A stretch of DNA of 25,502 nt from a virus (taxonomy: Duplodnaviria; Caudoviricetes): IMG/VR virus record IMGVR_UViG_3300033067_001793, positions 1 through 25,502 of that record; one strand, written 5' to 3'. Made by a program: the position numbers and the translations under genes. How positions within the stretch are numbered: the first letter of the stretch is position 1; the number at the start of each line of letters is the position of its first letter. This document shows positions 1 to 8,887 of this stretch, piece by piece. The notes under the pieces were generated by a model. The model was not told where the DNA came from, did no database searches, and was given only the letters and a program-made list of their open reading frames with translations.

Positions 1-53
1 TTATCAATTTTGATAATTCTATTATATTAAAATAACATTTTTAAATCAAATTG

Positions 54-75
54 AAAAAAGGCTACCTAAGTAGCC
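54..75 (-). terminator. Intrinsic terminator after phosphoesterase gene
   Basis: Stem GGCTAC/GTAGCC (60-75) with A-tract 54-59, which reads as a U-tract on the minus strand. Confidence 0.7.
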
Positions 76-81
76 AATTTT

Positions 82-1305
82 TTAATTACCATAAACTCTC
101 TTTAACTGTTTAAGTTCTATTGGAACTGGAGTAAATGAACCTCTATCAATATTATTTAATACCCATATCTGTCTTGAATAATTATTTCCTTGCGGTCCTA
201 AATATTCTTCATCATGTAGATAGCAAGAACCAGCTAATAAACCAACAATACTTGTTCCATCAGGTCTGTCAGTTCTATGCATTTCCCAGTTCTGTCTATG
301 ACCCATTACACAGCTCATATGTTTTCTATCTACTAAGTTTTTAGCAGAAGGAATTGGAGCACCCATATTTGTTGAAGTAAAATAATGAGCATAAGCAATA
401 TTGTCTAAAATAGCTGGAACTAAAAAGTCGTGAACAGTCCAACCAAACTTCTTATATCTTAAATCATCTACACTAATGAAAGAACCTATTTTTTTATCAG
501 TATTAGAAACTTTTGTTATTCTGTGTTCATGATTACCTAAAACAAAGTCTAATGATGGTTTCCAATCAGTTTTCTTCATTTCATCTAATATAGGACGCAT
601 TAAAACTTCCATAGCATCAATTGCTGACTCTATATCTGCTTTATATTCATTACTATCAAAACTTTCTTTCTTATAGTTATATAATGATTTCATATCAGCA
701 AAATCACCTAGACATATAACTCTTTTTGGTTTAATATGAGCTATATATTTTCCTATCCACTCTAAAAACTCTGTAGGAACACCAGGACTAATTTGGCAAT
801 CTGGAATAACTATATGTGTATAATCATTTGTATCAATTAAAAGATTACTTTCTAATGCCTTTAATTCTATTTGTTTTGATTGTTTTTCTGCTATCTTAGT
901 AAAGCTTTCTAATTTAGGTTTAACTTCTTCTTTTGGAGCATTATTTACTAATACTTCTTTCATTAAACTTAGATTATCTTCTGCTTCTTTTCTAATGTTA
1001 GTAGGAGCATGATCCATAAACATTTTTCTAACATCTTCTGGAACACCCCTCCAAGCTTCTTCTAGCTCTTCTTCAGTTAACCAACCATCTTTTTCTTTTT
1101 CCACATCAAGTAAACTAGGATCAGAAAAATATTCTTCAGTTTTCTTATTTACATTAGCAGAAATATGAACTATTCCAAACTTCTCTCTTAATCTTAATAG
1201 AGTTCTTCTATCAATTTCTAATTTAGAAGCGGCATCTTCCATAGTTTTAGATGATTGAATTAAATTAATTAATTCTTCTTTAGTTATTGTGTTTTTATTA
1301 TACAT
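82..1305 (-). CDS. Calcineurin-like metallophosphoesterase with N-terminal HTH
   Basis: Motifs IPDCQ, LGDFAD, GNHE, AHY, GHRQ. N-terminal TMEDAASKLEIDRRTLLRLREKFGI is HTH-like. Start moved to ATG 1305 (AGGAG RBS; promoter -10 at 1346-1351). Confidence 0.85.
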   Translation of the reverse strand: MYNKNTITKEELINLIQSSKTMEDAASKLEIDRRTLLRLREKFGIVHISANVNKKTEEYFSDPSLLDVEKEKDGWLTEEELEEAWRGVPEDVRKMFMDHAPTNIRKEAEDNLSLMKEVLVNNAPKEEVKPKLESFTKIAEKQSKQIELKALESNLLIDTNDYTHIVIPDCQISPGVPTEFLEWIGKYIAHIKPKRVICLGDFADMKSLYNYKKESFDSNEYKADIESAIDAMEVLMRPILDEMKKTDWKPSLDFVLGNHEHRITKVSNTDKKIGSFISVDDLRYKKFGWTVHDFLVPAILDNIAYAHYFTSTNMGAPIPSAKNLVDRKHMSCVMGHRQNWEMHRTDRPDGTSIVGLLAGSCYLHDEEYLGPQGNNYSRQIWVLNNIDRGSFTPVPIELKQLKRVYGN

Positions 1306-1345
1306 ATTTATCTCCTCTTTTTGGGTTTTTAACACTTACATATTA

Positions 1346-1373
1346 AATATAGTAAATTAAAACAAAAAGTCAA
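1346..1373 (-). promoter_or_regulatory. sigma70-type promoter
   Basis: TTGACT-16bp-TATATT on minus strand. Confidence 0.7.
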
Positions 1374-1391
1374 GAGTTTTTTTAATAAAAA

Positions 1392-1754
1392 TCATATTTC
1401 TTCTATAATTATATGTATTTTTGCTATTTTATCTGCTTGTTTCTCACCACGAGTGTAGCAAACATAGTCAATCTGTGTGTCATCTTCATATAAACCAGCA
1501 TGTTTTAAAGCATCAAAAACAGCCTTAGTACAGAAGTTATCTAAATCTCTAATTCTAGCATCTGGTGGACAATATACAGCAGTATATTTAAGTCTTCCAT
1601 TTAGTTTTAAATTAAAATAACCAGCTTTGGTTACTATATCAATAACATGGTTTCTAAACTCTCTACCTTTTGCTGATAAAAATACACCAGAACGAGATTT
1701 ACTCCAATGGTTATTTAAGGAGTTAGGGTTATGAAAAGTTAATTCTATTTTCAT
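1392..1754 (-). CDS. rusA: RusA-family Holliday junction resolvase
   Basis: PNSLNNHW..SAKGREFR; PPDARIRDLDNFCTKAVFDAL..AGLYEDDTQI matches the RusA catalytic DxDN..K..D..DD pattern. Confidence 0.92.
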   Translation of the reverse strand: MKIELTFHNPNSLNNHWSKSRSGVFLSAKGREFRNHVIDIVTKAGYFNLKLNGRLKYTAVYCPPDARIRDLDNFCTKAVFDALKHAGLYEDDTQIDYVCYTRGEKQADKIAKIHIIIEEI

Positions 1755-2299
1755 TTAGTAGGCTTTCTTTTAGCTGAAGCCTTTTTTGCTGGTTTTGCTT
1801 TTTTAATTACTGAACTTCTATTTTTTACAGATGGTAAAATAATAACTGGTTCTGATGTTATAATTTCTACTTCATTTTGTTTAACAACAGGTAGAACTTC
1901 AGCTTCAATAAATGTATCATCAAACTCTAATGTTTCCTCTACTTTTGGTTGTTCTATAATTTTTTCTTCTGGAACTTTATATCCATTCATAAAAACTCTT
2001 ACAATTTCATTTATAGTGTTTCTATTATTAAAAAATACTTTTGATATAAATGATGAGTCATAGTCTTTTTCTGCTATCTCTTCAACACAAACTTCAAACG
2101 TTCTTAATACATTTTGTTTATAATAATCACCATATACTAAAAAGTGCATAATCTTTTTATCTTTTGATAAAACAACCTTAAATGATTTATATTGAACTGC
2201 TTCTTTTTCTGTTAGTTTTACTTTATCGTAATTAACTGATAAATTGTAAATAATATCATCTAAATTAACATTCCTAAACTTATAACCACTTATCTTCAT
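1751..2299 (-). CDS. Hypothetical protein with basic C-terminal tail
   Basis: ORF. Start moved to ATG 2299 (AAGGA RBS) because the listed start overlaps the promoter at 2324-2351. Confidence 0.7.
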   Translation of the reverse strand: MKISGYKFRNVNLDDIIYNLSVNYDKVKLTEKEAVQYKSFKVVLSKDKKIMHFLVYGDYYKQNVLRTFEVCVEEIAEKDYDSSFISKVFFNNRNTINEIVRVFMNGYKVPEEKIIEQPKVEETLEFDDTFIEAEVLPVVKQNEVEIITSEPVIILPSVKNRSSVIKKAKPAKKASAKRKPTK

Positions 2300-2323
2300 A
2301 TTATTATCCTTTGTTATTGTTTT

Positions 2324-2351
2324 ATTATACAAAAATTAATTTATAAGTCAA
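2324..2351 (-). promoter_or_regulatory. sigma70-type promoter
   Basis: TTGACT-16bp-TATAAT on minus strand. Confidence 0.7.
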
Positions 2352-2353
2352 TA

Positions 2354-2375
2354 AAGCCACCTTATTTGGTGGCTT
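2354..2375 (-). terminator. Hairpin/terminator after dnaB
   Basis: 8-bp stem AAGCCACC/GGTGGCTT just downstream of the dnaB stop. Confidence 0.6.
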
Positions 2376-2379
2376 GTGT

Positions 2380-3753
2380 TTAACTCTTAAATGCTAGTTT
2401 TTTCTTAGATTTTTTATCACCTTCAAACTCTGGATAATCTTCTTCTTTTAAATCATCATAAGTTAATTCTTCAAATCTAACTCTTTCACCATTAAACTTT
2501 AAGTGTGCTGAATTACTATTTCCAAATCTGTTTTTGGCTATAATAACTTCAACCATATTGGGTCTTGGACAAGTAGGATCAAACTGTCCTGGTCTATGTA
2601 AGAAAACTATAGATAAAGCATCTTTTTCTAATTGAGAACCACCATGTAAGTTTGCCATTGTTGGTCGTTTTCCTTCATTCTTATGAAACTCTCTATTCAT
2701 TTGTGCTAATGCTATAATAGGAACATTTAAACTCTTAGCTAAACCTAATAATTCAGTAGATATAAACTTAATTTCTTCATCTTCTCTTTTACCTTTTAAA
2801 TGGCTTGCTCTAATTAATTGTATATAGTCAACACAAATAAAGTCTAACTTTTGTTTATTATGTTCAACCTTAGCAATAGAACGAAGTTTAGATATTTCTA
2901 TGTTTGCTGTATCATTATAAACAATATGTTCTGATAAAGAGTTTTTAAATCTAACAATCTCGTCCATTTCTGACTCTGATAAATAACCAGAGTGCATTTT
3001 CCAAGATGGTATATTAGTTCCAGATTGAACCTTTCTAATCATAAGCTGTTCTAAGTTCATTTCTAATGTAAAGAATAAACCTCTTAAACCTCTTGATGAA
3101 TTATAATCTGCTATTTGCTGTAAGAAAGCTGTTTTACCACCACCAGGAGGTGCTGATATAATATTTAATGAACCACCTATTAAATTGATAGTTTTATCTA
3201 CACTTTCAAAACCAAACTTAACAACACCATTACCTTTATTATCAATGTTTGCTTGTAAATGTGTTAAAAACTTATCAAAACCACTTACTTCACTATAACT
3301 CTTATTATCTTCTTTTCTAGAAGCAACACTAGCTATTTCATTTGATATTAATTCAATCTTTTCATCTGCTGTTTTATCAGATAAAGAAATCTCTTCAATG
3401 ATCTTATTCTTTTCAATGATTGCTCTTTGATTTTTTAACTCTATTAACTGTTCAATATAACCAATTAAAGCATCTGAATGTTCCACTTTTTTACTTACTA
3501 ATTCTTTTAATTGTTCTTGTTTAATATTAGAACCCATTAAAGATAATTCATCAATAATAGTAAATTGGTCAATATATGCTTTTCTTGATACTAATTTTTC
3601 TATTGCTGTAAATATATTTCTATTTTCCTCACCATAGAAACAATCAATATCTAAACCATATGTTAATGCTACTTCAATATTATTAGAGTGTCTAATTAAC
3701 ATTGCTATTACTGAAAACTCTGTTTGTCTTGCTACTGGAAACTTATTGCTCAT
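2380..3753 (-). CDS. dnaB: Replicative DnaB-like (SF4) helicase
   Basis: DnaB N-terminal domain; Walker A APPGGGKT, FFTLEM, VDYIQLI, LAQMNR, AKNRFG. Confidence 0.95.
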   Translation of the reverse strand: MSNKFPVARQTEFSVIAMLIRHSNNIEVALTYGLDIDCFYGEENRNIFTAIEKLVSRKAYIDQFTIIDELSLMGSNIKQEQLKELVSKKVEHSDALIGYIEQLIELKNQRAIIEKNKIIEEISLSDKTADEKIELISNEIASVASRKEDNKSYSEVSGFDKFLTHLQANIDNKGNGVVKFGFESVDKTINLIGGSLNIISAPPGGGKTAFLQQIADYNSSRGLRGLFFTLEMNLEQLMIRKVQSGTNIPSWKMHSGYLSESEMDEIVRFKNSLSEHIVYNDTANIEISKLRSIAKVEHNKQKLDFICVDYIQLIRASHLKGKREDEEIKFISTELLGLAKSLNVPIIALAQMNREFHKNEGKRPTMANLHGGSQLEKDALSIVFLHRPGQFDPTCPRPNMVEVIIAKNRFGNSNSAHLKFNGERVRFEELTYDDLKEEDYPEFEGDKKSKKKLAFKS

Positions 3754-3913
3754 TTTTATTCTCCTTTTTTATTCTTTTTTCAAAATCTTCTTCTGTTTCA
3801 ATACTTACTATTTTACCTTTACCTATTGCTTCAATTATACTCTTCAGAAATAAACCTTCAAAAAGTGTTAGTTTATCACAAGAAAATGAAACATCTCTTA
3901 CATATTTACTCAT
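3743..3913 (-). CDS. Hypothetical protein, 56 aa (MSKYVRDVSF...KNEQ); not in ORF track
   Basis: Manual translation; GGAG RBS; overlaps the dnaB start. Confidence 0.65.
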   Translation of the reverse strand: MSKYVRDVSFSCDKLTLFEGLFLKSIIEAIGKGKIVSIETEEDFEKRIKKENKNEQ

Positions 3914-3975
3914 TTTATTCTCCTATTTTTATTATTGAGTGTAGTTTTTTAAAGAAACCACAAAAACTTTTTATT

Positions 3976-4167
3976 TTATAATCTTAACAATTTACTTAAA
4001 TTAATATATGCTTCTGTTTTATCTTTCTTATATAATTCACAAAAATTATCTAATCTTCTTATTGTATCCATTAAAAAAATACTATACATTATATTATCTT
4101 TTTTTAACTCTTCAACATTAACATCTTTAAATTGTTTTTTAATCATATTGTTTATTACAGCATTCAT
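3976..4167 (-). CDS. Hypothetical protein
   Basis: ORF coupled to upstream gene (TAATG overlap), GGAG RBS. Confidence 0.65.
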   Translation of the reverse strand: MNAVINNMIKKQFKDVNVEELKKDNIMYSIFLMDTIRRLDNFCELYKKDKTEAYINLSKLLRL

Positions 4168-4553
4168 TAAATATCTCCTTCAGTAAAATCTTCACTTTCA
4201 GAAATATGCTCACAGATAAAATAAAACAAAGCATCACAGAAATCTTCATAAACAACAACATATTCTGCTGTATTCATTGTTCCTGTTTTATTAAATACTG
4301 CTTTCTTAGCAATTAAGTCAACTCTTGGTGCTAATACTTTAACTTTATTTCCAATTGAAGCATTATATATACTTATTTCAACTAAATCTCCAGCATAGCT
4401 TGCCTCATATGAAAATGGCTTAAATGTTCCATCTAATGTAGCAACACAGAAGTTATGCTTTCTGAATAATGCTTGCTTAGATTGATTATTTACACCTTCA
4501 CTTCTTTGGGAAAGTAGTGCTGGTTTTACTGGTTTTGTTATTACGTTTTTCAT
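4167..4553 (-). CDS. Hypothetical protein
   Basis: ORF with AGGAG RBS and upstream promoter. Confidence 0.75.
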   Translation of the reverse strand: MKNVITKPVKPALLSQRSEGVNNQSKQALFRKHNFCVATLDGTFKPFSYEASYAGDLVEISIYNASIGNKVKVLAPRVDLIAKKAVFNKTGTMNTAEYVVVYEDFCDALFYFICEHISESEDFTEGDI

Positions 4554-4614
4554 TTTTATTCTCCTAAAAAATTATTTTTGTTATAAGATAAGAATTATTT
4601 CCTACCTTGATTTA

Positions 4615-4642
4615 AATATATCAAAAAAATATTAGTTGTCAA
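4615..4642 (-). promoter_or_regulatory. sigma70-type promoter
   Basis: TTGACA-16bp-TATATT. Confidence 0.7.
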
Positions 4643-4665
4643 TACTTTTTTAAAAATATTTTTAT

Positions 4666-5346
4666 TTATACTTTTTCCCTTAATTGAACGAATACTTTAT
4701 CCTTTAAGAAATAATCAAAATCTGGCTGAAACCAACTATTACTTCTATTATTATTCCAACCTTTAACAAGATTAAAATGTTTATCTCCAGTATCTTTAAT
4801 TAAATCAAAATACCCTTCATAGAAATCATAAATATTAATTTCATCAGCTAATTCTTTTGACATTTTCTCATAAAATCTTTTTAATAATTTTTTTCTAGCA
4901 TCTGTCAATATCTTAACTTTTGGAACATTAGTATCTTTAAAACAATCATTAAATATCTGTCTAATTTTATCGTATTCAATTCTTTCTTTTGATTGTTCTT
5001 CAACTGTATCAAACTGTTTATTTTCAACAATTTCTTTAACTATAACCTCTTTTATAGATTGTTTTTTCTTCATTCTAGATTTAGCAACTGCTGCTTTATT
5101 TCCTTTTATCCAACTAAAAAACTTTTTAATTTCTACATAGTCATCAAAATAATCAATACAAAATGATGATTTATTTATAAAGTCTTCTGTTATATCATAT
5201 ACTGATGTTATCTTAAATAAAGGAACTTTATCAGCATCTTCTTTAGCAAATACTTTAACTATATTACATATCTTAGTAAACTCATCTTTTGTAAGTTTTG
5301 AAAACTCTTCAGTTGTAAAAATGTCTGTATTTAATATTATTCTCAT
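4666..5346 (-). CDS. Phage replication initiator / replisome organiser
   Basis: C-terminal IFND..VPKVKILTDARKK..YF..GWN..WFQPDFDYFL resembles the C-terminal domain of phage replication proteins; lies upstream of dnaB. Confidence 0.7.
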   Translation of the reverse strand: MRIILNTDIFTTEEFSKLTKDEFTKICNIVKVFAKEDADKVPLFKITSVYDITEDFINKSSFCIDYFDDYVEIKKFFSWIKGNKAAVAKSRMKKKQSIKEVIVKEIVENKQFDTVEEQSKERIEYDKIRQIFNDCFKDTNVPKVKILTDARKKLLKRFYEKMSKELADEINIYDFYEGYFDLIKDTGDKHFNLVKGWNNNRSNSWFQPDFDYFLKDKVFVQLREKV

Positions 5347-5348
5347 TT

Positions 5349-5822
5349 TTATACTCCTTGTAAATAAATATTTTCTTCTTGTTCTAAGATTATCTTTTCA
5401 CAAAAATAATCTGTTATATCATAATATAAATCTATATTATATTCTCTTCTTTTTTTATAATCATTACTATAAAACAACTCTAAGTTTTTTAATAAAAAAT
5501 CTCTATGATTTTCACAAGAACTTATAAATCTTATTTGATAATCAAGAGTGTTTACATCTCTTTCAATCTCTTTTCTATTTAAACATAACTTTCTTGTATT
5601 TATTATTCTATCCTTCAATAACTTAAAATCATTTTTCATATATTTATCTATAATTGTTCTATCGTTATAGATATAATTTCTTATTAAAGCTGTTTTATTT
5701 TTAAAGTTTCCATCAAAGCAATGATCAACTATAGCTAAGTATCTTTTCATAGTATAATAACTAACTGGAACAACATCTTCTTTTTTTAACAGCTCAATTA
5801 ATTCGTAATCTTTATCTAACAT
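5349..5822 (-). CDS. Hypothetical protein
   Basis: ORF with AAGGAG RBS and own promoter. Confidence 0.75.
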   Translation of the reverse strand: MLDKDYELIELLKKEDVVPVSYYTMKRYLAIVDHCFDGNFKNKTALIRNYIYNDRTIIDKYMKNDFKLLKDRIINTRKLCLNRKEIERDVNTLDYQIRFISSCENHRDFLLKNLELFYSNDYKKRREYNIDLYYDITDYFCEKIILEQEENIYLQGV

Positions 5823-5853
5823 TTTAAACTCCTTTTTTAATGTCTATTATCCT

Positions 5854-5881
5854 AATATAGTGAAAAAAAATTAATTGTCAA
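5854..5881 (-). promoter_or_regulatory. sigma70-type promoter
   Basis: TTGACA-16bp-TATATT. Confidence 0.65.
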
Positions 5882-6098
5882 GGTCATTTCCAAAAGTATT
5901 TTCAAAATCTTTTTCAATAATCATTATTTCTCCACGAATGAACTTTTCAATCAATACTTCCACCATATTACAATAACTTATTTTATTTTTTTTACAGATA
6001 GATTTAAAAGAACTTAACTTATCTTTATTTATTCTAAAACTAGTTACTGGTCTTTTATATCCAGTATTTCTAACACTTTTTCTTTTCTTTTTAGCCAT
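5871..6098 (-). CDS. Ribbon-helix-helix-like DNA-binding protein
   Basis: VTSFRINKDKLSSFKSICKKNKISYCNMVEVLIEKFI fits the beta-alpha-alpha RHH pattern. Confidence 0.6.
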   Translation of the reverse strand: MAKKKRKSVRNTGYKRPVTSFRINKDKLSSFKSICKKNKISYCNMVEVLIEKFIRGEIMIIEKDFENTFGNDLDN

Positions 6099-6148
6099 AT
6101 TTTGCCTTTTGTTTAATTAATTCTAACAGATTTTAACAAAAAATCAAT

Positions 6149-6217
6149 ATGTAATGATTACAGTAATGATTACATATTTTTATAGTTTTTTGTAATATAT
6201 TACTGTAATCATTACAT
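6149..6217. repeat. Array of four GTAAT-N(1-2)-ATTAC palindromes
   Basis: Units at 6151-6161, 6163-6173, 6192-6203, 6205-6215. Confidence 0.9.
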
Positions 6218-6356
6218 CTTATAAGCTCAATATTTATAGGTGTTTTGAGATCCATTTTTCCTGAAACATACAATATACTATTATAATATATCTTAATATA
6301 CTTAATCTTAATATTATTATTTCGTCTGTTTGAAACATCAAACAAGACAATATTAT
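6191..6356. repeat. Long inverted repeat, left copy (pairs with 18454-18615)
   Basis: Reverse complement aligns with 18454-18615, including a 52-bp block with 1 mismatch and a 30-bp exact block. Confidence 0.92.
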
Positions 6357-6376
6357 GATAAAAATTAATTATACTA

Positions 6377-6404
6377 TTGACTTTGAAAAACTTTATATTA
6401 TAAT
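6377..6404 (+). promoter_or_regulatory. sigma70-type promoter
   Basis: TTGACT-16bp-TATAAT. Confidence 0.75.
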
Positions 6405-6440
6405 AAAATCATAAGTTAAAAACCCAATAGGAGAAACATC

Positions 6441-6662
6441 ATGGCATTTAACCCATTAAAAAATAAAACCCAATTATCATCAGCAGAAAGATTTAAAACT
6501 TTAATAAAAGTAGAACCAAAAAAAGAAGTTGAAGATGAAAGTTTAGAAGTTAACCACAAGTCAAATCTTTATAAAATACTTAAAGCAAAAACCCAATTAG
6601 AGCAAACAGAATTAATTGAGCTAACAAACTTAATTGATGATTATTATAAAAAATATCTGTAA
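6441..6662 (+). CDS. Hypothetical protein
   Basis: AGGAG RBS, own promoter. Confidence 0.75.
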   Translation: MAFNPLKNKTQLSSAERFKTLIKVEPKKEVEDESLEVNHKSNLYKILKAKTQLEQTELIELTNLIDDYYKKYL

Positions 6663-6667
6663 AAATA

Positions 6668-6695
6668 TTGACTTTTAATTTTAATAACCTATACT
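6668..6695 (+). promoter_or_regulatory. sigma70-type promoter
   Basis: TTGACT-16bp-TATACT. Confidence 0.7.
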
Positions 6696-6726
6696 TAAAT
6701 TATAGCCAACAAAAAAGGAGAAAATT

Positions 6727-6990
6727 ATGAGAGAAGGTTATTTGAATGATACTGAACCAGCAATTCTTGAGAAAGAATATTCAGTTTACTTAGAAAAAAA
6801 TTATAGTTATAATTTCAATTTATTTCAAAAATCAAAAGTTAAATACCCAAGTGAACTAACAGAAAAAGAAGCCAGAAATGAAATAACTGCTTATTATGAT
6901 TTATATAAAAAATGTATTCATATGCCATTATGTGTAAATCAAAGATTGTTAGAGATTTCTAAATTATTACAAGGTAAAACATTAAAATGA
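6727..6990 (+). CDS. Hypothetical protein
   Basis: AAGGAG RBS. Confidence 0.75.
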   Translation: MREGYLNDTEPAILEKEYSVYLEKNYSYNFNLFQKSKVKYPSELTEKEARNEITAYYDLYKKCIHMPLCVNQRLLEISKLLQGKTLK

Positions 6991-7367
6991 GAATAAAAGA
7001 TTATAATTACGATAATATAAAAAACCTAAAAAACCCAATGGGAAATTATGATGTTGTTGTAGATTTTATAAAAGAAACTTTTGATGTTTATAAAGAATAT
7101 GAAGGCATGTTATCATATTATCAAACAAAGGAAAAAAGTGTTTTTTGTTTAATAGATAGCATAAAAAATGTTATAAGTTTTTGTAATAATAATGATAAAA
7201 TGTTAGATGATGATTTCTATGTTTTACCAAAAAACAATCAACCATATGTTAGAAACCAAGAAGATTTTAATGAGTTAAAACACCTATTTTTAAAGTATAA
7301 ACTAGAAGAAAAACTCCAAAAAGAATTAGTGGTTAATACACCAAAACGAAAAGTTAATAAAATCTAA
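6987..7367 (+). CDS. Hypothetical protein with shared C-terminal KI tail
   Basis: ATGA coupling; ends KYKLEEKLQKELVVNTPKRKVNKI. Confidence 0.8.
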   Translation: MRIKDYNYDNIKNLKNPMGNYDVVVDFIKETFDVYKEYEGMLSYYQTKEKSVFCLIDSIKNVISFCNNNDKMLDDDFYVLPKNNQPYVRNQEDFNELKHLFLKYKLEEKLQKELVVNTPKRKVNKI

Positions 7368-7372
7368 AAAAT

Positions 7373-7398
7373 AAAAGCACTTGACAAAAGTGCTTTTT
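7373..7398. terminator. Bidirectional intrinsic terminator
   Basis: AAAAGCACTT/AAGTGCTTTT stem between convergent genes. Confidence 0.75.
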
Positions 7399-7455
7399 CT
7401 TACTATGTTACTCCTAGTGGTTTAATTTTAAGAGTAACGGGGGTAATATTCCAAG

Positions 7456-7677
7456 TTATTTTTTCTTGCTTAAAATCATATTTTTTAAAGACTTAATATG
7501 CATAGGCATTTCAGTATCTAATTCTACAAATCTTTTTTGATTTTTTATAAAGAAAACTAAGTCTTCTTCTGTATTCTCATTTTTAATTCCTTCATATATA
7601 ATGAATAACATTTTTACATAAAACTCTCTGTTTTCTGCATCTATTTTTTCTTTGAAATTGAAGTTTAAATTAATCAT
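7456..7677 (-). CDS. Hypothetical protein
   Basis: AAGGAG RBS. Confidence 0.7.
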   Translation of the reverse strand: MINLNFNFKEKIDAENREFYVKMLFIIYEGIKNENTEEDLVFFIKNQKRFVELDTEMPMHIKSLKNMILSKKK

Positions 7678-7703
7678 TTGGTTTCTCCTTTTTTATTGAT
7701 TTT

Positions 7704-8006
7704 TTACTCGTAATCTGTATCGCCATCTATCCAATGTAAGTTAGCTTTTTTGCTTGCTAACTGTGATATGTCTATATCAACTTTCTTCTTAAGTATCTCA
7801 ATTTGTTCTTCATAATGATTTACTTTTTTTACTTGTTGTTCTACAATATCACCAGGATAATTCTTTTCTATTTTATTTTTTAAAGACATATCATGCAATT
7901 CTAATGTTTGCTCTAAAAGTTTTATACTATCAATGTTTTTACAACATCTTTTCTCTGTTCTTTTTATTTCTTCAACAAGATAATCTTTAATTTTTTGATT
8001 AGACAT
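7704..8006 (-). CDS. Hypothetical coiled-coil protein
   Basis: AAGGAG RBS; heptad-like sequence. Confidence 0.7.
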   Translation of the reverse strand: MSNQKIKDYLVEEIKRTEKRCCKNIDSIKLLEQTLELHDMSLKNKIEKNYPGDIVEQQVKKVNHYEEQIEILKKKVDIDISQLASKKANLHWIDGDTDYE

Positions 8007-8086
8007 ATAATCTTAATCTCCTTAATAATATAATAACATATATGAAAATATTGTCAACTTTTTTTAAATATTTTTTAATAAAACTA

Positions 8087-8114
8087 TTGACAAATATTTT
8101 ATTTATTATATAAT
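8087..8114 (+). promoter_or_regulatory. sigma70-type promoter driving candidate sRNA
   Basis: TTGACA-16bp-TATATT with no RBS-led ORF before the next terminator. Confidence 0.65.
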
Positions 8115-8120
8115 TAATTT

Positions 8121-8221
8121 AACAATAACAATTACCAACGATTTTTATTCTCTAGTTGAAAACAGGTTTTCCTCCCTTTCCTGTTTATGAACCTCCAGAT
8201 TTTTGGAGGTTCTTTTTTTTT
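8121..8221 (+). ncRNA. Candidate ~100-nt small RNA
   Basis: Bounded by a promoter and a strong terminator; internal hairpin AAACAGG/CCTGTTT with a CU-rich loop. Confidence 0.55.
8189..8221 (+). terminator. Intrinsic terminator
   Basis: GAACCTCCA/TGGAGGTTC stem followed by T9. Confidence 0.88.
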
Positions 8222-8233
8222 ACCTATTTACTA

Positions 8234-8261
8234 TTGACTTTGCGTTTTATTTTGATATATT
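8234..8261 (+). promoter_or_regulatory. sigma70-type promoter
   Basis: TTGACT-16bp-TATATT with TG extension. Confidence 0.75.
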
Positions 8262-8293
8262 AATATTAAGATTATTAAAAAAGTGAGGAATTA

Positions 8294-8887
8294 ATGGCTA
8301 CAAATAAAAACAATAATAATAAACCAGTTCAAAGTTTATGGAGTCTATTCTCTGGAACAAGCATACCTGCATCATTACTTGTTGATGCCTCAGTAAAAGT
8401 AAAAAGAGATAATGAAATTAAAGATTTTCATACATATGAAGAATGGTTAGATTTTAACAAAAAAAGTTTAATTAAAAGATATGTTGAAGATTTTAACAGT
8501 AATATTAAAAACAAAAACAAGAAAAAATCAATTGAAGAAAAAATGAAGGATTGGATACATAATCACGAAATATTTTCAGTATTATCTACACACCAAATAG
8601 TTTCTCTTTATGTTGATTTCTATAATATAAAAGATGCTTACTTCTATAAGAAAAAAATACTTTTTATTGTAAATATTTTTAAAAGAATTGAAAAGGTTGT
8701 TGATAAAGATTTTAATATTTATATTATAAAAGCATTAAAAGATGATGCTAATAAAATGAAGGAAAAAACAAAAGATTACGAGCTAAAAGCAGTAAAGAAA
8801 ATTGAAGTATTAACTTTAAAATATGAACTTGAAAAAGGATTGTTGTTGAAAGAAAAACAAATAGAAAAAAAATGGAGTAAAATATGA
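8294..8887 (+). CDS. Hypothetical protein with shared C-terminal KI tail
   Basis: GAGG RBS; ends LKYELEKGLLLKEKQIEKKWSKI. Confidence 0.8.
   Translation: MATNKNNNNKPVQSLWSLFSGTSIPASLLVDASVKVKRDNEIKDFHTYEEWLDFNKKSLIKRYVEDFNSNIKNKNKKKSIEEKMKDWIHNHEIFSVLSTHQIVSLYVDFYNIKDAYFYKKKILFIVNIFKRIEKVVDKDFNIYIIKALKDDANKMKEKTKDYELKAVKKIEVLTLKYELEKGLLLKEKQIEKKWSKI

Noticed and set aside
4666-4700. Replication initiator ends in ...LREKV, like the shared tail
   Set aside because: Lacks the upstream L[DEQ]xxL helix and basic linker; it belongs to the conserved domain end.
135-5527. Plus-strand ORFs 135-344, 3702-3938, 3724-3981, 5321-5527
   Set aside because: Antisense shadows of well-supported minus-strand genes; F/L/Y-rich, no RBS.
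6149-6217. Palindrome arrays as a mini-CRISPR
   Set aside because: Units are 11-12 bp and adjacent, with no unique spacers of regular length.
6133-6345. ORF 6133-6345 and ORF 18622-18825
   Set aside because: They run through the palindrome arrays or inverted repeat, have no RBS, and are better explained as non-coding.
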